A stretch of 64,000 nt of DNA from Patescibacteria group bacterium (GTDB lineage Bacteria > Patescibacteriota > Patescibacteriia > JAXHNJ01): the NCBI GenBank assembly GCA_041649715.1, contig JBAZMP010000003.1, positions 167,690 through 231,689 on the forward strand, read 5' to 3'. Position numbers and translations under genes: made by a program. The notes below the pieces were generated by a model. The model did no database searches, was not told the DNA's origin, and saw nothing but the letters and a program-made list of their open reading frames with translations. This document shows positions 57,160 through 64,000 of this stretch, piece by piece (positions within the stretch are counted from its first letter, which is position 1; the number at the start of each line of letters is the position of its first letter).

Positions 57160-57647
57160 AATATTCCGGCCTTGGATTTGGCTATTTTTTCCAATCCCTG
57201 GCATAACTTATTTATCATTTCCTGACTGGTTTTTTTATGCGTCAGCTCCAGGAAAAAACCAGCGCCGCCTAAGATGACGAGCCCCGGATAAGCGAAGGGG
57301 GAAGGAACAAAATAGACCGCCGCCAGAGCCAGGGCGAGCCAAAAACGGATAAGAGTATGTCTTTTTGTTAATTGGCGCATAAGACCCTCCATCTCATTTG
57401 GCAAATGAAGGATGTTATTACCCATTAAATTTATTTTTTTTCTTTTAGTTTCCTGCGAAACCTTGGGAACAACCAGGATGATAACCACGATAACAATGCC
57501 CAAATAAACCGCCATTCCGGTTATTTTCGTGATAGCCGCCATGAGGACGAGAAGACTGTCCAAACTTAACCAAACCCTCCTCTCATAGGCTTCGAGGGCT
57601 AATAATTTTTCACCTAATTCTTTGGGGGTTAACAATAATTCAACCAT
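57156..57647 (-). CDS. hypothetical four-TM membrane protein
   Basis: Four hydrophobic segments; start placed at ATG 57647 to avoid overlap. Confidence 0.65.
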   Translation of the reverse strand: MVELLLTPKELGEKLLALEAYERRVWLSLDSLLVLMAAITKITGMAVYLGIVIVVIILVVPKVSQETKRKKINLMGNNILHLPNEMEGLMRQLTKRHTLIRFWLALALAAVYFVPSPFAYPGLVILGGAGFFLELTHKKTSQEMINKLCQGLEKIAKSKAGIL

Positions 57648-57666
57648 GAATATGTAATGGTTTATT

Positions 57667-57876
57667 TTAAGGGTTTGCCGACTCGCCGGAAAGAGGCTTT
57701 TCTGAGACCGTCGGCATATCCTCCTCTCCCGCGACCTGGCCGGTCGAAAGGGTATTATCTTCAATATTTTGATTTACGGGCGTGGACAGCCTGGTCTTAG
57801 TCTTAACACTCTCCCCGCAACCAGCTAAGGTAAGAACCAATATGGCCAAAGCAATGATAAAAAAATATTTTTTCAT
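57667..57876 (-). CDS. small lipoprotein
   Basis: MKK, hydrophobic stretch, LAGC lipobox. Confidence 0.75.
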   Translation of the reverse strand: MKKYFFIIALAILVLTLAGCGESVKTKTRLSTPVNQNIEDNTLSTGQVAGEEDMPTVSEKPLSGESANP

Positions 57877-57911
57877 ACTTTATTACAATTTACCCTAAAA
57901 AGCGGATAAAA

Positions 57912-58220
57912 TCAAGGAGATAAAAATAAATGTTCTGTAAATTCAAAAATCTTTTCACCGGCAAACTTAACACCCTCTTTCTTTAAAAGTAGAATCTTTT
58001 TTTTATTTCCACCGGCAAAACCGCCGGCTTGCCCATCTGATCTTATGACTCGGTGGCAGGGCACTTTCGGCGCATACGGATTTTTATTCAAGGCATTGCC
58101 TACCGCCCTAAAGGCCTTGGGCTTATTAATCGCTTTGGCCAAAAGCTTGTAGGTTGTAATTTTCCCTTTCGGAATCTTGCGGCAGGCCAGCCAGACTTTT
58201 TCCTGAAAATCTGTTGACAT
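57912..58220 (-). CDS. ogt: MGMT-family O6-alkylguanine-DNA alkyltransferase (C-terminal domain only)
   Basis: IPKG...TY..LA, RAVG.AL..NP, PCHRV, LL..EG. Confidence 0.9.
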   Translation of the reverse strand: MSTDFQEKVWLACRKIPKGKITTYKLLAKAINKPKAFRAVGNALNKNPYAPKVPCHRVIRSDGQAGGFAGGNKKKILLLKKEGVKFAGEKIFEFTEHLFLSP

Positions 58221-58267
58221 AATAAAAAAACTCCTTTTAAACCCTAAAATAGGGCTGACTTAGAGAA

Positions 58268-59137
58268 TTACGGAGTTAATATCGTGGGCAGATCGACGAA
58301 TGAATAACCCCGATTTTTTATCTCATTGATCAGGTCCGGTAAAAACTGCGGGACCAGTTTTGTGCCCGCCTGCATGACGACGATCGTACCGTCTTTCAAG
58401 TTATCCAAAACGCGGGTCTTGGCGCCGTCCGCGGTCTGTGAGGTATCCCAATCGTAGGCGTCAACCGTCCAAAGCACCGGGCAATAGCCGTCATTTTTTA
58501 CGGTGGTAAAAATACTGTCACTGATCTCCCCGTACGGCGGCCGGAAAAAGGGCTTTGATGATTTTCCAGTCGCGGAAATACAGGCGTCATCCGTTCTTTT
58601 CAATTGACTGGTCAGGTCCTCGGCGCTCAAAGACACGATATGGGAATAGTCATAACTTAAATTATAAATGGAAAAACCCTGGTCACTTAAGCTCTTCACC
58701 GCTTCCTTATTCTCGCTAATTAACTCACCGGTCATGAAAAAACTGGCCGGCACACTGCTAGTTTTTAAGATATCGGAAATCTGGGCAAGATTATCCGTTT
58801 TTGAGGCGCCGTTAAAAGTCAGGGTCACCTGCTTCCGGTTCTGGCCGCGGGAAAAAGCGGCGCGGCAATTATCCAGATTAAAGGAAGTGCTGGGCGCGAC
58901 TGAAACATTAGTATTGGCATTGGCATTGGCGCTAATATCAAGATTACTGTTTGCATTTACATTTACATTGACATTAGCATTGGTGTTAGGGCTGGTCGTT
59001 TCTTTTTTGCCGAAGCAACCCTTAAAGATCCAGATGGCAATCAAGATGAGGATAATCCATAAGACAAACTTAAAAATCTTGGAACCTGAAGATTCCCTTT
59101 TCAAGCGGTATTTCTGATATTGCTGCAAATCGGCCAT
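58268..59137 (-). CDS. membrane-anchored polysaccharide deacetylase-like (CE4/NodB) protein with degenerate metal site
   Basis: TM, Asn-rich linker, LTFNGA, ASFF.TG, FRPPYG, WTVD..DW. Confidence 0.85.
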   Translation of the reverse strand: MADLQQYQKYRLKRESSGSKIFKFVLWIILILIAIWIFKGCFGKKETTSPNTNANVNVNVNANSNLDISANANANTNVSVAPSTSFNLDNCRAAFSRGQNRKQVTLTFNGASKTDNLAQISDILKTSSVPASFFMTGELISENKEAVKSLSDQGFSIYNLSYDYSHIVSLSAEDLTSQLKRTDDACISATGKSSKPFFRPPYGEISDSIFTTVKNDGYCPVLWTVDAYDWDTSQTADGAKTRVLDNLKDGTIVVMQAGTKLVPQFLPDLINEIKNRGYSFVDLPTILTP

Positions 59138-59147
59138 AGTAGCTTTT

Positions 59148-59699
59148 TTAGGCGGCCTTAATCGCTTCAACAGGCTGCTTATTTAAGTATACCACTAATT
59201 CATAAATTCCGAAAAACAGGCCGACGAAGAACAGGTCGCCTAAAACAGAGTTTCGGAAAAAGGGAACAGCCATGGCGAAACATTGGCCCAAACCGGCTAG
59301 TGTTTTAGGGTACCAGGCGCCGGCCGCCCAAACGGCAAAATTGGTGGTCAGGAAAAACAAGAAAGAGGAAGCAAGCGTGCCCGAAAATACGGTCGTCAAA
59401 CCCTTTCTCTTCCGGATAAACAAACCGATCAAACCCGCTAAAATAAAACTGCCCCAAACGGTTAACATCACGGGCCACTCGTAAAAACCAATGAAGATAT
59501 CGGCGATCACCTCGGCCGCCAAAGGAATTAATATGGCGTATTTTTTGCCTAAATACACGCCCCCAAACAAGGCCAAGGCGGCCACCGGGGCGAAATTGGC
59601 CGGCAACGGCAGAATCCTTTCATGTGACAAGACTCGGATCAAAACGGCGAAAATCACCAAAATATAAGGCAAGATCTCCCAGTTTTTTATTTTTTTCAT
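59148..59699 (-). CDS. S-component-like membrane protein (DUF6580-like), putative cobalamin transporter
   Basis: About six TM; NFAP..ALALFGG, D...GFY, FFL.TNFAVW...Y..TLAGL..C...A.PFF.N...GD; downstream of a B12 riboswitch. Confidence 0.8.
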   Translation of the reverse strand: MKKIKNWEILPYILVIFAVLIRVLSHERILPLPANFAPVAALALFGGVYLGKKYAILIPLAAEVIADIFIGFYEWPVMLTVWGSFILAGLIGLFIRKRKGLTTVFSGTLASSFLFFLTTNFAVWAAGAWYPKTLAGLGQCFAMAVPFFRNSVLGDLFFVGLFFGIYELVVYLNKQPVEAIKAA

Positions 59700-59733
59700 A
59701 AGATTTTCTCCTAAATTTATCTTCTAATTTTTA

Positions 59734-60201
59734 TTACATTTTGGAAAATTTGAATTCTACTTTGTCGCCGCCGCGTACCTGATAGGCGTCAATGCCGACG
59801 TTCGCCTCCTGGTCATTAACCGTATAGGTCCAGTATTGGCCGTCGGTACCGTTTTTATAACCGTTGAGCTCTTCCAAAAGCGTGCCGAAATCATATGCCT
59901 TTATTGTATAGCTCAAATCTTTGTTCTGCGCCCCTTTTTCCAAGAGCGAAAGAACGGTTACCGGTCCAGTCACCTCAAAGCTAAGCTCTTCGGTTTTTTG
60001 TCCGTTGTTGATGACAAAATTAACCAAGGGCGAAACCGTGAAAACACCGGCGACCTCGCCCCGGTTAACCGCTACGACCGGCTTAAATGAAAGTTTATCG
60101 ATCTCATTGTTTGTTTTGTTCGCCTGCGCGTTAAAAACCACGCCCAGGACAAAAGCCAGTAAAACAAAAATGCTTAATTTTAACTTACCGTTTTTTAACA
60201 T
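59734..60201 (-). CDS. exported DUF4430 (transcobalamin C-terminal-like) protein
   Basis: Signal/TM; TVLSLL, FG..L...NG..N.....YW.Y.VN......G...Y....GD.V.F. Confidence 0.82.
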   Translation of the reverse strand: MLKNGKLKLSIFVLLAFVLGVVFNAQANKTNNEIDKLSFKPVVAVNRGEVAGVFTVSPLVNFVINNGQKTEELSFEVTGPVTVLSLLEKGAQNKDLSYTIKAYDFGTLLEELNGYKNGTDGQYWTYTVNDQEANVGIDAYQVRGGDKVEFKFSKM

Positions 60202-60210
60202 AATTTTTCC

Positions 60211-60250
60211 TTTAAAAAAACCCTTTCAACTTTTCGGTTTTAGGGTTTCA
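60211..60250 (-). terminator. riboswitch expression-platform terminator
   Basis: AAACCCT-AAAAC-CGAAAA-GTTGAA-AGGGTTTTTTT between the aptamer and the start codon. Confidence 0.75.
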
Positions 60251-60288
60251 TAAATGATTAAATCCTTTCGACCGAAGGCTTTTACTTA

Positions 60289-60462
60289 AGGTATCCTGGC
60301 TTACAGAGGATTGGCTCATCTTTCCCTTCCCCCCAACCTCCTTCCTAGACGGAAAGCGTTAGAAGTGGTTTAAAAGACTGGCTTCTCTGTTTACAGTGAC
60401 GGGATCGCGCCGGATTCACACCGGACTTCCCTTTTTCTTGGTCTTAACTTTCAACCAAGAAA
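60289..60462 (-). promoter_or_regulatory. cobalamin riboswitch
   Basis: AAAAGGGAAGTCCGGTGTGAATCCGGCGCGATCCCGTCACTGTAA...ACCACT...GGGAAGG...AAGCCAGGATACCT (B12 box). Confidence 0.93.
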
Positions 60463-60472
60463 TATTAAATTT

Positions 60473-60979
60473 TTAATATTCGATGCCTTTTCGGGCCCTT
60501 ACTCCCTGATTGAAGTAATGCTTGACGGCCCGCATTTCTGTGACTAAATCCGCTTGTTCAAGTATCTTACCACAGGCGCCTCGGCCTGTCAAAATAATTT
60601 CTGTGGATAAAGATTTACCCTTGATAAGCTTTAAAATATCCGCCGGGGCAATTAACTTGAGTTTGGCCGCGACATTTATTTCATCCAGTATCACCAGGTC
60701 AGATCTTCCTTCTTTGACCATCCGGCCGGCATAAGCCAGGGCCTCACGCGCCGCTTTCCGGTCTATGGCGCTCGGCCTGCTAAAATTAACAAAAGCCCGC
60801 CGGCCGAATTGTTTGACGGTTATGTTTTTGAATTTTTTTAACGCTTTGACCTCGCCAAAATCCCCTTTTTTCATGAACTGGATCAGGCAGACTTTTTTCC
60901 CCTGGCCCAAGGCCCTTAAGGCCTGCCCTAAAGCGGCCGTGGTCTTTCCCTTGCCGTCGCCGGTATAGACCTGGATCAT
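60473..60979 (-). CDS. cobO: cob(I)yrinic acid a,c-diamide adenosyltransferase (CobO/BtuR/CobA)
   Basis: QVYTGDGKGKTTAALG..LRA, QFMK, LVILDEI, ILTGR, ADLVTEM...KH......AR.GIEY. Confidence 0.95.
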   Translation of the reverse strand: MIQVYTGDGKGKTTAALGQALRALGQGKKVCLIQFMKKGDFGEVKALKKFKNITVKQFGRRAFVNFSRPSAIDRKAAREALAYAGRMVKEGRSDLVILDEINVAAKLKLIAPADILKLIKGKSLSTEIILTGRGACGKILEQADLVTEMRAVKHYFNQGVRARKGIEY

Positions 60980-60983
60980 AAAA

Positions 60984-63239
60984 TTAGCCCAGTGAACAGG
61001 CCGACCAGCCGCAATGCGTGCAGGTCTTGCAGCCTTCCTTAATTTCTAAGCGAGCCCCGCACTCCGGACACTTGGCCTTATCCACCATTTTTAAAATTTT
61101 GACTTCTTCTTGCGTGGTCCGCGGCGCAATCCCTTCTGTCTTCGTTTCCTTTCCTTCCGCGCCTTTTTTGCCTGTTTCAATATTTAGAACCTGGGCCTCT
61201 CGGCTACGATCACGATAAATGGTGACTCCCTTACAACCCAACTTAAAAGCCAGCATATAAACTTTTTCCACGTCTTCGGTGGTCGCCTCATGCGTAAAAT
61301 TAACGGTTTTGGAGACCGCATTATCGGTATATTTCTGAAAAGCCCCTTGCATTTTTATGTGCTCTTCCGGCGTGATATCGTGAGCCGTGACAAAAACTTT
61401 TTTCACCTTTTCGGGAATCTCGCTAAAATCCTGCAAGGTGCCTTTTTCTGCGATCCGGCGCATCAATTCATCCGAGTAAAAACCGCCCGCCCGGGCCACT
61501 TCCTCAAAAAAGGGATTTACTTCCACTAATTCATCGCCTTCGTCGAGTAAATGGCGCCGCACGTAAGAAATGGCGAAAATCGGCTCCACGCCCGAAGAAC
61601 AGCCGGCGATAATGGAGATAGTGCCGGTCGGCGCGATCGTGGTCAAGGTCGCATTGCGTAATTTAGGACCTTTGGTCTTATAATATATGCTTTGAGCATA
61701 AGCCGGAAAAGCTCCCCTGATCTCCGCCATATTTTGCGAAGCGATCTTCGCCTCATCACTGATAAATTTCATCAGCTTCTCGCCCAATTTCAGGGCGGCG
61801 GGAGAATTATAAGGAATTTCCAAAATTAAGAGCATGTCGGCGAAACCCATCACCCCTAGACCGACTTTGCGGTTTTTTTCCACCATTTGCTCAATCTGTT
61901 CCAAGGGATACCGGTTCATGTCAATCACGTTATCCAGAAAATGAATGGCCGTATGGACAGTTCTCTTTAATTTTTCATAGTCTACTTCTTTATCCTTAAC
62001 CATTTTGGCTAAATTTATCGAACCCAAATTGCACGATTCAAAAGGCAATAAAGGCTGCTCGCCGCAAGGGTTGGTCGATTCGATCTTGCCCTCTTTTGGC
62101 GTGGGGTTGAATTCATTTATCCGGTCGATAAAAACAATCCCCGGCTCGCCGTTTTTCCAGGCCATGGTCACGATAAGGTCAAAAACCTTGCGGGCGGAAA
62201 GGCGAGAGGCGACCAGATTCGAGCGCGGATTGATTAATTCATATTCCTTGTTCTTTTCCGCCGCTTTCATAAATTCATCGGTTAAGGCGACGGAAATATT
62301 AAAATTGGACAATTCCCCCTCTTTTTCTTTCGCCGTGATAAACTCCAAGATATCGGGATGATCAACCCGCAATATCCCCATGTTGGCCCCCCGCCTCGTC
62401 CCTCCCTGTTTGACCGCTTCGGTGGCGGCGTTAAAAACCTTCATAAAGGAGATGGGGCCGGAAGCGACGCCGCCCGTTGTTTTGACGATATCCCCCTTGG
62501 GCCGGAGCTTCGAAAAAGAAAAGCCGGTGCCGCCGCCGGATTGGTGGATAATGGCGGTGTTTTTTATTGTTTCAAAAATACCGGTGATAGAATCGTCCAC
62601 GGGCAAAACAAAACAGGCGGAAAGCTGCTGTAAATCCTTGCCCGCGTTCATCAAAGTGGGAGAGTTCGGCAAGAATTCAAAACTGGACATCATGTCAAAA
62701 AACTCGCGAGCGGTCTGCTCGACATCGATCTCCTGATGATACAAAGTTTTATATAATTTGTCAGCATAGGCGATATTATTCGCCACCCTTTTGAACATTT
62801 CCTCCGGTGTTTCAGTCACTTGCCCCTGCCCGTCTTTAAGCAGATAGCGCTTGCGCAAAACCGTCATGGCGTTCGGCGTCGACTTCACTTCTACCCGGTA
62901 CCCTTTGAGCATCTGCCTCGCCTCGCGGATTTCCTTATGTTTTTGCCGGTAGATGATATAAGCCTTGGCCATTTCCGCCTGCTTATCCCGGATTAATACC
63001 TCCTCGACAATATCCTGGACTCCTTCCACGGAAGGGAGGCTATTTTCCGGCAGTCTTTCCCGCAAAATGGTTACGGTCTGCTCGGCCAGTCTTTTTGACA
63101 GGCTCCGATTGGGCTTGCCGATCGCGCGCGAACACTTGAAAATCGCTTCGGTGATTTTATTCACGTCAAAGGGAACTACCCGGCCGTCTCTCTTGCGGAT
63201 TTCCGTTAATTTATTTTTTTTGAACAATGAAGCTTCCAT
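60984..63239 (-). CDS. nrdJ: class II (AdoCbl-dependent) ribonucleotide reductase with ATP cone and C-terminal Zn ribbon
   Basis: [37 protein letters not shown]...SCNLGS, TIAPTGT, CPECG...EGC.TC..CGWS.C. No beta-subunit gene nearby; adjacent to cobO. Confidence 0.93.
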   Translation of the reverse strand: MEASLFKKNKLTEIRKRDGRVVPFDVNKITEAIFKCSRAIGKPNRSLSKRLAEQTVTILRERLPENSLPSVEGVQDIVEEVLIRDKQAEMAKAYIIYRQKHKEIREARQMLKGYRVEVKSTPNAMTVLRKRYLLKDGQGQVTETPEEMFKRVANNIAYADKLYKTLYHQEIDVEQTAREFFDMMSSFEFLPNSPTLMNAGKDLQQLSACFVLPVDDSITGIFETIKNTAIIHQSGGGTGFSFSKLRPKGDIVKTTGGVASGPISFMKVFNAATEAVKQGGTRRGANMGILRVDHPDILEFITAKEKEGELSNFNISVALTDEFMKAAEKNKEYELINPRSNLVASRLSARKVFDLIVTMAWKNGEPGIVFIDRINEFNPTPKEGKIESTNPCGEQPLLPFESCNLGSINLAKMVKDKEVDYEKLKRTVHTAIHFLDNVIDMNRYPLEQIEQMVEKNRKVGLGVMGFADMLLILEIPYNSPAALKLGEKLMKFISDEAKIASQNMAEIRGAFPAYAQSIYYKTKGPKLRNATLTTIAPTGTISIIAGCSSGVEPIFAISYVRRHLLDEGDELVEVNPFFEEVARAGGFYSDELMRRIAEKGTLQDFSEIPEKVKKVFVTAHDITPEEHIKMQGAFQKYTDNAVSKTVNFTHEATTEDVEKVYMLAFKLGCKGVTIYRDRSREAQVLNIETGKKGAEGKETKTEGIAPRTTQEEVKILKMVDKAKCPECGARLEIKEGCKTCTHCGWSACSLG

Positions 63240-63377
63240 TCGTATTCTCGTTTATTTCCACGATTGATTATTAGCAAAAAAATAGACCCTAAAAACAAGA
63301 AAAGGTCAAGAATTTTAAAAGTCAAAAAGAAACGATTATTTTTCCCAACAGTCTTCTTCTTCACCTTTAAAATTCTT

Positions 63378-64000
63378 CTACATCATTTTCTTACGGATAA
63401 AGGCGGGAATCTCTAATTCCTCCTCTTCCTTGGTTTTTTTAGGTGCTTCTTCTTGGGCCGGTGGCATTCTTTTATCCGGTTTATAGGCGGGGATGAATGT
63501 TTTTTCCGGCCGCTTAAGCTCTTCAAAGGGGGTGACCGGGGTTGGAGCAACCTTTTTGACCGATTTCATTCCTTTGCCGAAACCAGTGGCGATCACCGTT
63601 ATCTTTACTTCGTCGCCCATCGCTTCATCAATAACCGAACCGAAAATTATCTTCGCCTCGGAATCAGCGGAGGCGGTGATCACTCTCGCCGCTTCATTAA
63701 CCTCGTACATGCTCAAATTCGGTCCGCCGGTGATGGTAAATAAAATTCCCTTCGCCCCATCAATCGAAAGTTCCAAGAGAGGGCTGTCAATGGCGGCTTT
63801 GGCCGCGTCCACCGCCCGGTTCTCACCCGAAGCCTGGCCGATACCCATCAAGGCCGAACCGGTATCCGCCATAATCGCCTTCACATCGGCGAAATCCACA
63901 TTAATCAAACCAGGAACAGTAATCAATTCCGCAATACCTTGGACGCCCTGGCGTAAAACATCGTCCACCACGGCAAAAGCGTCTAAGAGACTGGTTTTTT
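63378..64000 (-). CDS. ftsZ: cell division protein FtsZ (C-terminal part; runs off the window end)
   Basis: [35 protein letters not shown]. Confidence 0.96.
   Translation of the reverse strand, partial: KTSLLDAFAVVDDVLRQGVQGIAELITVPGLINVDFADVKAIMADTGSALMGIGQASGENRAVDAAKAAIDSPLLELSIDGAKGILFTITGGPNLSMYEVNEAARVITASADSEAKIIFGSVIDEAMGDEVKITVIATGFGKGMKSVKKVAPTPVTPFEELKRPEKTFIPAYKPDKRMPPAQEEAPKKTKEEEELEIPAFIRKKMM

Noticed and set aside
58905-58990. ACATTGGCATTGGCATT-type 6-nt repeats
   Set aside because: They encode the Asn/Ala/Val low-complexity linker of the deacetylase-like protein and are not a separate element.

Overview
Core-genome stretch of a small-genome bacterium with the gene content and style of the Candidate Phyla Radiation (Patescibacteria/Parcubacteria-like; this is an inference). 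Most genes are on the minus strand: uvrD/pcrA, purA, guaB, rmuC, tatD, metG, rsmI, glyS, a membrane-anchored Clp ATPase, tgt, recO, ileS, argS, split comEC, prfB (with +1 frameshift), a two-component/ABC module, htrA, nrdJ and ftsZ. smpB-tmRNA and infC-rpmI-rplT are on the plus strand, and one tRNA-Asp is present. I found no CRISPR array, integrase or prophage. Main observations: (1) a B12 module of nrdJ, cobO, a cobalamin riboswitch, a secreted DUF4430 transcobalamin-like protein and a lone S-component-like membrane protein; (2) two expression architectures, with several core genes appearing leaderless (-10 box, exactly 6 nt, ATG) while about eleven accessory units carry a consensus sigma70 promoter, usually a strong Shine-Dalgarno and a terminator, and often a boxA-like motif; (3) IleRS2 with an inserted histidine-phosphatase domain; (4) a RAYT transposase carrying REP-like hairpins inside its reading frame, with a related doublet 46 kb away; (5) several families of intergenic micro-repeats and palindromes, and a candidate structured RNA.
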